This document shows positions 25,608 to 35,338 of a DNA stretch of 55,688 bases, piece by piece. The notes under the pieces were generated by a model. It had not been told where the DNA came from. It worked only from the letters and a program-made list of their open reading frames with translations, and ran no database searches. Where the stretch lies: positions 1 to 55,688 of the IMG/VR virus record IMGVR_UViG_3300033127_000028. One strand, given 5' to 3'. The stretch's first letter is position 1. Each line of letters opens with the position of its first letter. This stretch comes from a virus. The position numbers and the translations under genes are program-made.

Positions 25608-28600
25608 ATGGAAATGAAAAACTTATACCTGCTGAGTGCAGATAAAACTACAATTGGTGTCCTGTCTAACAGGATGCCTTTTTCTTTGCCTTTCTATGAT
25701 GATATTCAGGAGAGAGACTTGGATGATTTGACTGATACATTAACACTAAAAATCCCTGCTAACCATGATGAGGCTGTCAAGGTAGTGGCAGGTAACTACA
25801 TTTTGTACCCTACTTTTGAGGGCAGCAGTAAGCTTTACAAGATCATTGAAGTCAAGGAGACTTCTTCTGATGCTTATGAGAAAGAGGTATATGCTGAGGT
25901 ATCTGCTCAAGATGATCTAATCAAGGATGTTGTAAGACCCACCACTTTCACCTCTGTAACTATTGAGACAGTTTTGGAACATATCCTCATAGGTACAAAT
26001 TGGAGCTTAGGGTATGTGGGTGATCTTGGTACACAGGATGTGGAAATTAAGGACTACCCTACAAAGCTTGAGGCACTTGTTGCTGTGGTGCAGCAGTATG
26101 GTGGAGAGCTTGATTTTGAGTACTTGACTGTAGGTACTACTATTACTGAGCAGCTTATCAATGTGCCTGAGCAGCTTGGTAATGAGACAGGAAAACCTTT
26201 CATGCATGGTAAAGATATTACAGGTGTGGAGAGGGTTGAGGATAGGAGTGAGCTTGTAACTGCTCTTATTGGTGTAGGTAAGACAAGTGATAAAGGTACT
26301 CCACTTACATTCAAAGATGCTACAGGTGTGCAAGGGTTGCCCAGTGGATACAAGATCATTGGTGACTACATTGTAAACACAGATGCTACTGAGTCCTACA
26401 GCATAAATGGTGAGCCTATTTTTGGTGTCTACAAAGATGACAAGGCTCAGTCTCCACAGGAGCTTATTGAGAATACTGTGACCCAGTTGAAAGAGTCCAG
26501 TAAGCCTAAGATGACATATAAGGTTGATGTGGCTCTATTAGAAAGGATTGCAGGTTATGAGCATGAGAGGGTAGCACTTGGGGATACCATTCTTGTACAG
26601 GACAAGACTACTCAGCCTGAGCTTTACCTTAAAGCAAGGGTAAGGAAGCTGTCTAGGAGCTTGACTAATCCTGCTAATGATGCAGTGGAGTTTGGTGATT
26701 ATATCCCAGTAGTGCCTCCTGCTAATAAAAGACTAGCATCTTTGCAGCAGAAGATCAGAGAAAGTGAAGAAACTTGGAATCAGGCTACTCAAATACCTGC
26801 AATGCAGGAGAGGCTAGAGAAAGTGCCTACAATGGATGATGTTTTCTCTCAGATAAACCAAAGGCTCAAAGTTAGGTATGTTAGAGACTGGGTAAATGGC
26901 TCTGACTTCAATGAATATAATCACTGGGTAGAGCTTCAAGTTTACAAGCAAGGGGAAAATATTGCTAAAGGTGTTCAAGCTACATCTAATGAGAATGTAC
27001 TAGAGTCATCCATACCTTATCTTACTGATGGAATTGTTGACTATCAGATGTATGTTGAGGGTACTTTTGGTAAGCCTCAGTACATGCAGCTTGATCTAGG
27101 TAAAGTGGTTGAAAATGTTGAGTACATTCAATCATGGCACTATTATGCAGGTGAGAGGACTTATAACAGTCACTGGGTAGATGTTTCTGAGGATGGAGTG
27201 ACATGGGTAAGGCTTTATAACTCAGATAAAGCAGGTGGTCATGTAGAGACTACTGATGGCTTTATTGTTCCAGTAAATTCCTCTGCCATTCTTTCACAGC
27301 AACAAAAAGAAAAGAATCAGATTGTAAAGGATATTGAGGACTTAGATGACTTCAAGCAGTCTGCTGAGTATGAGCTGTCTCAAAAAGTTTCCTTAACTGC
27401 TTACAATAACAAAGTACAGGAGCTTACTCAGTCTATTGGTGAGAAGGCAGGTCTTGAGTATGTAAATGGGAAACTACAGGACAAGGCTAACAAGGATGAA
27501 ACTGTCACCTCTGAGGAAATGCAGAATGCCCTTAACAGTTATGTCAAGACAGAGACCTATACCACTGATAAGGATGGTATTGTGCAGCAGCTAGAAAGTC
27601 ATGAGACACAGCTTATTCAAAATGAGAAGGATATAAAGCTCAAGGCTGACTCACAGACTGTAGATACAATGGCTGACTCTATGAAACAGATGCAGCTTGA
27701 GATTACAGCTAACTCTGAGGGGCTTTTGTCTAAGGTGAGTGAGGAAGAAGCTAGAGCCATTTCTGAGCAGGTCAATATACTCAATATGAGGTATGTCAGG
27801 CTTATTGGGAATGGTAACTCAGTTGATGACAGCACTGACATTGTAGAAATTGCTGCCTATGATACTGACAAGGTTAATGTGGCTCAAGGAAAGACAGTCA
27901 CAGCCAGTACTGTAGATGCAGCTAACCTTGCCTATATCACTGATGGTATCTCTGATGATGCTACTAAGTTTGCCTCACTAGGCACATCTGACTTAGACAG
28001 TGTGTGGGTGCAGATAGACTTAGGGCAGATTTATACAAACATTAATACCTTAAAGGTGTGGATGAGTTGGGCTGATTCAGAAAAAATCTATTTCTATGAT
28101 TTACAGGTTTCTGATGATGGGATTAACTGGATTAGTCTGTATAACAATGATAAAGATGGAAACTACAGCCCTACATCAGCAGGCTTTGAGGTTTTTGCTA
28201 ACCAACAAAAAGCCCTTTATTCTCAGGCATCTGAGTTAAGACAGCAGGCAGGTGAAATCAGTTTAAAGGCTGACTCTAATACTATGGCTGATCTTGAGAA
28301 TAGGCTTTCATCTGCTGAGGAGCTTATCTCTCCTGATGCTATTGTGTCTACAGTTACATCAGCTACAGCCTTCACAGATGTTATGGATAGTAAAGCTGAT
28401 ACATCTGATCTTGATGCTAAAGCTGATAAGCAGGATCTTAAAGATGTCACTGATAATCTCACAATTGTCTCAAAAGATGTGTCAGACCTGAAACAGACTG
28501 CTGACAGCTTTAATTTTAACATTATGTCATCAGGTGGTATCAACTTACTTTCAAATTCTGTAGGATTTGCACAAACTGACTTTTGGGCTGTTACAGGCTC

Positions 28601-29234
28601 AGTAGAATCAGAGCAGAATATGGAGTTAACCCAAAGAGGAGCAGGCTCAGGATTCTACCTTAAAGGGGGTACTATCAAACAGACAGTAGCAGTGCAGGCA
28701 GGCACTTATACAGTCTCAGCCAGAGTTAAAAAGCTTGCAGAAGGTACTGGTTACATCAGGGCTACCTATGACAATGGATTGACAGAGCAGATTGAGCTAA
28801 TCTCAGGCACTGCTCTTGATTATGATGTCCTTAATTTTGTTATAGAAGTATCAGGTACAGAGATTGAAATAGAATTATATGGCACTACTGATAGTGGGAT
28901 GGTAGTGACAAGCCTAATGCTTAATACAGGCTCTTTGCCTTTGCAGTGGTCTAATGCTACAGGTGAGGTGTATAACTCCAATGTCATCATTAATGAAAAT
29001 GGTGTGACAGTCATGAGTAATCAGTATGATGGCTACACCTCTATCTCTCCTGATGAGTTTGCAGGTTATTATGAAGTAGAGGGGCAGATGACTAAAGTAT
29101 TTACCCTGAATAAAGACACTACAGTTATGAATAAGGCTAGAGCAACTGAAGAGATCAGCATGACTCCAATAAAAATAGTACCAATTAACACAAGTACTTT
29201 AAATGGGTGGGCTTTTGTTGCAAATGATGAGTAG
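25608..29234 (+). CDS. Tail-associated protein (Tal) with two discoidin/F5-8-type-C-like domains
   Basis: Prophage-tail N-terminus. Two segments have the form ..ITDG(I/V).D......LDLG......(I/V).W......Y...VS(E/D)DG..W..LYN.DK. Confidence 0.75.
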   Translation: MEMKNLYLLSADKTTIGVLSNRMPFSLPFYDDIQERDLDDLTDTLTLKIPANHDEAVKVVAGNYILYPTFEGSSKLYKIIEVKETSSDAYEKEVYAEVSAQDDLIKDVVRPTTFTSVTIETVLEHILIGTNWSLGYVGDLGTQDVEIKDYPTKLEALVAVVQQYGGELDFEYLTVGTTITEQLINVPEQLGNETGKPFMHGKDITGVERVEDRSELVTALIGVGKTSDKGTPLTFKDATGVQGLPSGYKIIGDYIVNTDATESYSINGEPIFGVYKDDKAQSPQELIENTVTQLKESSKPKMTYKVDVALLERIAGYEHERVALGDTILVQDKTTQPELYLKARVRKLSRSLTNPANDAVEFGDYIPVVPPANKRLASLQQKIRESEETWNQATQIPAMQERLEKVPTMDDVFSQINQRLKVRYVRDWVNGSDFNEYNHWVELQVYKQGENIAKGVQATSNENVLESSIPYLTDGIVDYQMYVEGTFGKPQYMQLDLGKVVENVEYIQSWHYYAGERTYNSHWVDVSEDGVTWVRLYNSDKAGGHVETTDGFIVPVNSSAILSQQQKEKNQIVKDIEDLDDFKQSAEYELSQKVSLTAYNNKVQELTQSIGEKAGLEYVNGKLQDKANKDETVTSEEMQNALNSYVKTETYTTDKDGIVQQLESHETQLIQNEKDIKLKADSQTVDTMADSMKQMQLEITANSEGLLSKVSEEEARAISEQVNILNMRYVRLIGNGNSVDDSTDIVEIAAYDTDKVNVAQGKTVTASTVDAANLAYITDGISDDATKFASLGTSDLDSVWVQIDLGQIYTNINTLKVWMSWADSEKIYFYDLQVSDDGINWISLYNNDKDGNYSPTSAGFEVFANQQKALYSQASELRQQAGEISLKADSNTMADLENRLSSAEELISPDAIVSTVTSATAFTDVMDSKADTSDLDAKADKQDLKDVTDNLTIVSKDVSDLKQTADSFNFNIMSSGGINLLSNSVGFAQTDFWAVTGSVESEQNMELTQRGAGSGFYLKGGTIKQTVAVQAGTYTVSARVKKLAEGTGYIRATYDNGLTEQIELISGTALDYDVLNFVIEVSGTEIEIELYGTTDSGMVVTSLMLNTGSLPLQWSNATGEVYNSNVIINENGVTVMSNQYDGYTSISPDEFAGYYEVEGQMTKVFTLNKDTTVMNKARATEEISMTPIKIVPINTSTLNGWAFVANDE

Positions 29235-29297
29235 AAGGGGAGACTTTTCTGCTCATCTTTTTTTATATTGAGAGTATTTTGAGAGGGGATAGATTTA

Positions 29298-31703
29298 ATG
29301 GCATTATCAGGTAGTATTTCTAAAAATGTAGGCTCACATTGGCAGCTTAAATTGTCATGGACAGCTACACAGGATATAGATGCAAATACAAGTAGAGTTA
29401 CAGCTAAGATGTACTGGATAGCTAAGGATAGTTATGGGGCTATTTCATCCTCTGCTACAAAGACATCAGCTATTCAATTTAATAATGGTTCTTGGATAAC
29501 AGACTCAGCCTCAGGAAAAGCAAAGCTGTCAGCTAATCAGACTAAGCTTATTCAAACAGAGTCATTTACTGTAAAGCATAGCTCAGATGGTAAAGGCTCT
29601 TTTTCTCTTGATGGTTATTTTGATGCAGAGGTAACTTTAGGCAGTTGGGTGGGAAGGATTGACTTAGATCAGCAGACCTTTACTTTAAACACAATTCCTA
29701 GAGCCTCAAGCATTTCATCTAGTGTTTCATTCACAGCAGGAAATGACTTGAAAGTGTCTATTTCAAGAGCATCAGGAAGCTTTACACATGACCTTTCTTT
29801 GAAGGTGAATGGCACTACAATTAAGTCAGTTTCAGATGTAGGTACAAGCTACACTTTCTCATTTTCATCAGCAGAGAATGCTAAGATTTTCACTGAATTG
29901 GCTCAAGGTACAAGTAAGGCAGTCAGGGTGGATATTACAACTAAGAATGGCAGTAGTACAGTAGGTACTGGGAGTAAGTCAGGCACTGTGACAGCACCTG
30001 ACTCAGCTACTACTAGCTTTGGTGGAAACTTCAATATAGGTGACACAATGAGTGGAACTGTTAAAACTAACAATTCTGCCTTTAGACATAAGATTGTCTT
30101 GATCTTTGGGGGAACTACTTACACCATTAAGGACAATATTGCAGCAGGTGATTGGAGCTACAGTACTTCTGCCATTGCTTCTGCTTTGTATGCAAAGATT
30201 CCTGATGCTAACAGTATTAAAGGTGAGATAAGGATATACACTTACTACTCAGGTGTACAGGTGAGGAGCTATCATTCTTCTACTCTTACTGCCTATGTAG
30301 TGAATAGTAAGCCTACTTTCTCAGGGGGCTTCACTTATGCTGACATCAGTGCTGTACCCTCAGGTATCACTAAGACTAATCAGCAGATCATACAAAACTA
30401 TTCTAATGTGAGGGTGACTTTACCTGCTGCTGCTAAGGCTACAGCATTAAATGGGGCTAGTATGAAAAGTTATATCTGTATTCTGAATGGTAAGCAAGTG
30501 TCTCTAAGTTATTCTACATCTGACTTAGTTTTTGATATGGGTAAGGTTACAGCAGGAGTGAATGTTAACTTATCCATCAGAGCTATAGATAGTAGGGGTA
30601 ATTACACAGAAGTAGTCAAAGTGGTCACAGTTATTCCTTACATTGTGCCTTCTCTAAGTTACTCAGGTAAGAGGTTAAATAACTTTGAGAATCAGACAGA
30701 CATTAAGTTGTCAGGCTCTTACAGTGCTGCAATTGTTGGTAACACATTACTAGAGGTGAAGTACAGATTTAAGAAGTCAAATGCTACAGCATGGGGAGCA
30801 TATTCTAATTTTACTTACACTACTGCATCAGGTAAATTCTCTGCTACCACAGCACAGGTAGACTTAGATAATACTGAGACCTTTGATATTGAATTATATG
30901 TAAGAGATAGGCTAGGCACATCTATTGCTGTTATGGCAGTAGCATCAGGTCAGCCTATTTTTTATGTGGACTCAAAAAACAGAGGTGTGGGTATTAACAA
31001 GTTTCCTACTAAGAACAAGTCTTTAGAAGTAGGAGGAGGTAAAGGTGTCTATGTTGATGGTGGATACTTTGAGTTAGAGGCTTATAATGACAGCTATGGT
31101 AAAGGTAAAGGCTTTGCTCAGATGTTCTATGATGCTAACAACTCTAGGCTCAAACTACAAAGCAGAGACACAAGCAATGTTCTCAGTAACCTACAGCTAA
31201 CTGTGGGCAGTATAGAGGTTGCTGCTGACCAATGGTACTCAAAAGGTGGAGGACTGAATCTTAATAATTCTGATGTTATGGGTGCAAATGGTATCTTTTT
31301 CAGAGACACCAATGATAGCTCAGGAGAAGGATTACTGTTTCCAAAGTCAGGCGCACCTGTCAACTCTGTGAATGTGGCTGACTATGATCAGCTATTTGTG
31401 TTAAATGGCACTGGGTTTATTAATGATGAGAAGATTGCCACCTCAGGAAATGTATTCATAGATAATGGGTATGTTGTTATTTCACCAAAGGGAGACAATG
31501 AGCCTACCTCTGTGTCTGTGAAGTTTGGCAGGAAGTTTCCTAAAGCACCATCTGTAGTAGTCACACCAAGTACTACAGTGCCAGGGAAAACTGTTACAGG
31601 TTGGGCAGCTACAGATGTTACTACTGATGGATTTACACTGTGGGTAACAAGGACAAACACTACAAATACTGCACTACATTGGGTAGCAGCATGGGGGATA
31701 TAA
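29298..31703 (+). CDS. Receptor-binding / tail fibre protein (DUF859-like N-terminus)
   Basis: MALSGSISKNVGSHWQLKLSWTATQDIDANTSRVTAKMYW matches the common siphovirus fibre N-terminus. 801 aa. Confidence 0.55.
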   Translation: MALSGSISKNVGSHWQLKLSWTATQDIDANTSRVTAKMYWIAKDSYGAISSSATKTSAIQFNNGSWITDSASGKAKLSANQTKLIQTESFTVKHSSDGKGSFSLDGYFDAEVTLGSWVGRIDLDQQTFTLNTIPRASSISSSVSFTAGNDLKVSISRASGSFTHDLSLKVNGTTIKSVSDVGTSYTFSFSSAENAKIFTELAQGTSKAVRVDITTKNGSSTVGTGSKSGTVTAPDSATTSFGGNFNIGDTMSGTVKTNNSAFRHKIVLIFGGTTYTIKDNIAAGDWSYSTSAIASALYAKIPDANSIKGEIRIYTYYSGVQVRSYHSSTLTAYVVNSKPTFSGGFTYADISAVPSGITKTNQQIIQNYSNVRVTLPAAAKATALNGASMKSYICILNGKQVSLSYSTSDLVFDMGKVTAGVNVNLSIRAIDSRGNYTEVVKVVTVIPYIVPSLSYSGKRLNNFENQTDIKLSGSYSAAIVGNTLLEVKYRFKKSNATAWGAYSNFTYTTASGKFSATTAQVDLDNTETFDIELYVRDRLGTSIAVMAVASGQPIFYVDSKNRGVGINKFPTKNKSLEVGGGKGVYVDGGYFELEAYNDSYGKGKGFAQMFYDANNSRLKLQSRDTSNVLSNLQLTVGSIEVAADQWYSKGGGLNLNNSDVMGANGIFFRDTNDSSGEGLLFPKSGAPVNSVNVADYDQLFVLNGTGFINDEKIATSGNVFIDNGYVVISPKGDNEPTSVSVKFGRKFPKAPSVVVTPSTTVPGKTVTGWAATDVTTDGFTLWVTRTNTTNTALHWVAAWGI

Positions 31704-31705
31704 TA

Positions 31706-32239
31706 ATGAAACTGTACATTCAAACAGATGAGACAAATAGAGTGTATGCAGTGAGCAGCACTCCTTTAGGTCTTGAGCCTATTGAGGTTGAAGTGGAGGA
31801 CATGGAGTTATTAGATTCTCCATCCTCTTTCTTGTATGTAAATGGTGAGCTTATTAAGGATTTAGAAACAGATTTGAGACAAGCAAAGCAGAATAAAGAT
31901 GTGGAACTTAATCAGGCATGTATGGCAAGTATTCTAGCAGGCTTTGACTATGAAATTGGTGGAATAAGCTATCATTTTTCTTTTGATGAGCAAGCTCAAT
32001 TTAATTTTCAGGGAGCTATGACAGCTTTTCAGTCAGGGTTAATGCAGTCTACCACTTGGACTGTTATGCAGAGTGGTGAGTATATGAGAATACCCATTAC
32101 AGCAGAGGATATGAATGGACTAAGTGTGGCTATTATCAAACACAAAGAAAGTAATATCAGCAAGTACAGGGATGATCTTATGCCTAAGGTTATGGCAGCT
32201 CAGACTGTGGAGGAGGTAGGTGAAATCACATGGAGCTAG
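31706..32239 (+). CDS. Tail-associated hypothetical protein
   Basis: ATG overlaps the previous stop (TAATG). Called by position only. Confidence 0.45.
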   Translation: MKLYIQTDETNRVYAVSSTPLGLEPIEVEVEDMELLDSPSSFLYVNGELIKDLETDLRQAKQNKDVELNQACMASILAGFDYEIGGISYHFSFDEQAQFNFQGAMTAFQSGLMQSTTWTVMQSGEYMRIPITAEDMNGLSVAIIKHKESNISKYRDDLMPKVMAAQTVEEVGEITWS

Positions 32240-32685
32240 AGGTAGGTGATATTGTCTTTGTAAGGGGGCATACAGCCTTATCAAAGCTTGTCAGGTTGTT
32301 TGATAAGGGTGAGTTTAGTCATGTAGCTGTGGCTGTTTCTGAGAGCCATGTGATAGAGGCTGAGTGGAATACAAAAAGCATTATCACACCTTTCAGCCAC
32401 AAAGATTATGAGATTATTAGATTTGATCTTTCAGAAGTAGACAAAGACAGGCTCATAAAGAAGGCAATACAGCTTACAGGCAGGTGGTATGACTATCCTC
32501 AGATGTTGGGCTACATGTTCCATAAAGAGACTCAGTGGGGAAACCCTAAAAAGCTTATCTGCTCAGAAATAGCTTATGAGCTTCTGTTTGAAGTTGGTAT
32601 TGATGTGAAAGATAGGAATATAGCACCTAACCAATTATATGCTGCACTTACTTTAAATTCTAACCCTCAGAAAGCTATAGGGTAG
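32230..32685 (+). CDS. Permuted papain-like (YiiX/NlpC-P60-type) cysteine hydrolase
   Basis: GDIVFVRG...FSHVAVAV...H and a later LICSE catalytic Cys arrangement. Confidence 0.5.
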   Translation: MELEVGDIVFVRGHTALSKLVRLFDKGEFSHVAVAVSESHVIEAEWNTKSIITPFSHKDYEIIRFDLSEVDKDRLIKKAIQLTGRWYDYPQMLGYMFHKETQWGNPKKLICSEIAYELLFEVGIDVKDRNIAPNQLYAALTLNSNPQKAIG

Positions 32686-32769
32686 GTAGGGAGGGGGGGG
32701 CTTAGAGAAGTACTCTAGGTCTCTCTTTCTTTTTGCCTACATTTTTAGGGGAAAGGAGGGGGAGATCAG

Positions 32770-33204
32770 ATGGGGTATCTCAATAACTTCTCAGTATGGT
32801 TAGTAGGTTTGGTAGGCTCTATTGTTGAGTTTGTGTCAGGTCATTATCAGAATGCTATTTTCATCCTTGTGGCTATGATGCTTATTGATGTAGTAACAGG
32901 GTTATTAAAGGGTGCTAAAAATAAGAGGCTAAAATCAGCCATTATGCATATGGGAATTATTAAGAAAGCAGGTATGTTGCTTTCTATTGTTTTTGCCTCC
33001 CTACTTGATCTGCTTGTGAATGATGGTATGCCAGTATTTAGGACATTAATGGTGTGGCTTGCTATAGGTAATGAAGGGCTTTCAATTATTGAAAACTTTA
33101 CAGCCTTAGGTGTTTATATTCCTAAGCAGATTAAGGACAGGCTCTCTCAGGTAGTAGCTGAAAAGCAAGAGCTACAGGATGAGAAGGACAAGACTAAGAG
33201 TTAA
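32770..33204 (+). CDS. Holin (phage_holin_4 / TcdE-like family)
   Basis: Three TM segments, LIDVVTGLLKGAKNKRLKS and GNEGLSIIEN motifs, immediately upstream of the endolysin gene. Confidence 0.7.
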   Translation: MGYLNNFSVWLVGLVGSIVEFVSGHYQNAIFILVAMMLIDVVTGLLKGAKNKRLKSAIMHMGIIKKAGMLLSIVFASLLDLLVNDGMPVFRTLMVWLAIGNEGLSIIENFTALGVYIPKQIKDRLSQVVAEKQELQDEKDKTKS

Positions 33205-33255
33205 TCTCTTGGTCTTTTTCTGTTTCAAAAATATATCAAAAAGGAGAGAGTTTGG

Positions 33256-34188
33256 ATGGCACTTGTTAAAGATTATGTGAAAGTAAATGAATACACTAGA
33301 CCTAAGTTAAAACTTTTGGCAGTTAAAGGTGTTGTCATTCACTGGACAGCTACACCTAATGCTACAGCTAAGAATGAGAGGAACTACTTTAATGGTACAG
33401 CTATTGAGGTGAAAAGGTATGCCTCAGCTCATATTTTTGTAGACAGGGAAGAAGCTAGGCTAATTATTCCTCTCAATGAAGTGGCTTACCATGCAAATGA
33501 GCATCCTACACAGGTGGCTAAGTTTAAGGCTACTGCCTCTTACTATAAAGGTGGTAATGCTAACTTAACTACTATTGGTGTGGAAATGTGTGTAGAGAAA
33601 GATAATACTATTCATCCTGACACTATTGCTAGGACTGAGCAGGTTGTGGCTGATCTATGTAAACAGTACAAGCTTACTGAAAAAGACATCTACAGGCACT
33701 ATGACATCACAGGTAAAAACTGCCCTGCACCCTTTGTATCTGATTCAAGTAAGTTTACAGCATTCAAAGCTGCTGTTAAGAAGAAGTTAGGTGAAGCTAC
33801 TGCTAAGCCTGATAAAGTTTCTACAGCATCTGACACTTACAAAGTAGTGAAAGGTGACACATTGTCTGAGATTGCAGTCAAGTACAAAATGACTGTTAAA
33901 GATTTGAAGTCTCTTAATGGTCTCAAAAGTGATCTAATTCAGATTGGGCAAAAGCTAAAAGTTAAGAAACCTGCTACAGCCTCTAAACCTAAGGCTAAGA
34001 TGGTTATTGTTAAGGTATCTGAGCTTTACACTTATAAATCTGCTAACTGGAATGATAAAGGACAGATTGTTAAGAAAGGACAGGCTTTTACAATTAAGAA
34101 GGAGCTTACTGTGAGTGGAAGTAAGATGTATCAACTTAAATCAGGTCTATACATTACAGCTAATAGTAAGTATGTGGAAGTTAAGTAA
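33256..34188 (+). CDS. Endolysin: N-acetylmuramoyl-L-alanine amidase (Amidase_2) + LysM + SH3-like C-terminus
   Basis: VVIHWTATPNATAKNERNYF and HYDITGKNCP amidase motifs. LysM: YKVVKGDTLSEIAVKYKMTVKDLKSLNGL. Confidence 0.85.
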   Translation: MALVKDYVKVNEYTRPKLKLLAVKGVVIHWTATPNATAKNERNYFNGTAIEVKRYASAHIFVDREEARLIIPLNEVAYHANEHPTQVAKFKATASYYKGGNANLTTIGVEMCVEKDNTIHPDTIARTEQVVADLCKQYKLTEKDIYRHYDITGKNCPAPFVSDSSKFTAFKAAVKKKLGEATAKPDKVSTASDTYKVVKGDTLSEIAVKYKMTVKDLKSLNGLKSDLIQIGQKLKVKKPATASKPKAKMVIVKVSELYTYKSANWNDKGQIVKKGQAFTIKKELTVSGSKMYQLKSGLYITANSKYVEVK

Positions 34189-34230
34189 TTGAGGGGCTTT
34201 ATGCTCCTCTCTTTTTTATGCCCAATTATT

Positions 34231-34376
34231 GTATCAGAAACTGTTACATATGATAGGTTACAGAAACTGTAACAATAAACTGTCTTATGTATCAGAAACT
34301 GTTACCTATCATTTACTACATATATATCTATCTCTTTTATTTATAAGTAATAAAGATATGTTACAGAAACTGATAC
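34231..34376. repeat. Four 17-bp sites GT(A/T)(T/A)CAGAAACTG(T/A)(T/A)AC, a candidate replication origin or operator array
   Basis: Copies at 34231, 34257 (perfect inverted arms GTTACAG/CTGTAAC), 34289 and 34360. The array is upstream of the replication module. Confidence 0.65.
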
Positions 34377-34440
34377 AAAGAAAATCACATAGCAAGATCA
34401 CTAGGGAGACTGTAAAAAGTCTCTCTTTTTTTATTTAGGG

Positions 34441-34478
34441 TGTCACACTTTGAAACTTTCCTCTCTAACTAAGGGTTG
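34441..34478 (+). promoter_or_regulatory. Class II phage promoter-like element
   Basis: TGTCACA-N17-CTAACTAAGGGTTG. Confidence 0.5.
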
Positions 34479-34506
34479 AAAAGAGCTTGAAGTAGGAGGA
34501 AACAAA

Positions 34507-35325
34507 ATGGATGAAAAGCAGCCAGTACTTTCAGTGGACTTTAAAAAAGAGTTTTCCACTTTGACTGATGGTGTTGTAGAGAGCTTGAGAGTCTGTGTGG
34601 ATTCTAAGGCAATACAGGCAGGACTGATCAAGGAGTTAGGTGCTAACAGGTTTAGCTTACTGATGGCAATTGTCTCTTACATGGATGTAGATGGGAAAGC
34701 CTTTCCTAGTCAAAGGAAACTAGCTGATTTAACAGGGCAGAGTCCTACCACTGTAAACAAGAATATCAATGAAATGTTAGAGATTACCTTCAATGGGCAG
34801 CACATTCTGAGGAGAGAGCTGACAGGTGCAGGTAAGAGGCAGAAAAGCCTCTACTACATTCATAAAGGTGAGGTTACTAATACAGATGCTGTAGAGGAGA
34901 CTGCTGCTAAGCCAGTCAAGCAAGCAGCTAATTCAGAAGGTGGCAGAGTTGAGGTCACTGTCAAGAAGTGGACTAGCAGGGATGTTGCTCATTACTTTGC
35001 AGGTGTCTATGAGGAGACTTTTGGTCAGGGCTATGTAATCAACTACCAAAGAGAACTGAAAGGTATTAAGGATAAGCTGCTGCCTAACTATGATGAAAAA
35101 ACTTTAAAAGGTGTTATTGATGTTGCTGTTAAGGACTATCAAAAAAGATGGGGCAGTGTCCAGTATCCACTACCTACTATCTCAATGCTGACAAGTTGGT
35201 TAGCTAATAAAGCCTTTGCTATTTACAAGCAGGGTGCTGATAGAGAGCAGCAGATAGAGCAGAAGATTGAAAAAGCTAAAGCACAAGATGACACAGACAG
35301 AGCCTTGAGCCTGTTTGATGTCTAA
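34507..35325 (+). CDS. Replication initiator / replisome organiser (winged-helix)
   Basis: FPSQRKLADLTGQSPTTVNKNINEMLE HTH. It is the first gene of the replication module. Confidence 0.45.
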   Translation: MDEKQPVLSVDFKKEFSTLTDGVVESLRVCVDSKAIQAGLIKELGANRFSLLMAIVSYMDVDGKAFPSQRKLADLTGQSPTTVNKNINEMLEITFNGQHILRRELTGAGKRQKSLYYIHKGEVTNTDAVEETAAKPVKQAANSEGGRVEVTVKKWTSRDVAHYFAGVYEETFGQGYVINYQRELKGIKDKLLPNYDEKTLKGVIDVAVKDYQKRWGSVQYPLPTISMLTSWLANKAFAIYKQGADREQQIEQKIEKAKAQDDTDRALSLFDV

Positions 35326-35338
35326 GGGGGATTTAATT

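Noticed and set aside
34229-34438. Track ORF of 69 aa.
   Set aside because: It is composed of the 17-bp iterons and AT-rich spacer and has no RBS. It is more likely an origin or operator region.
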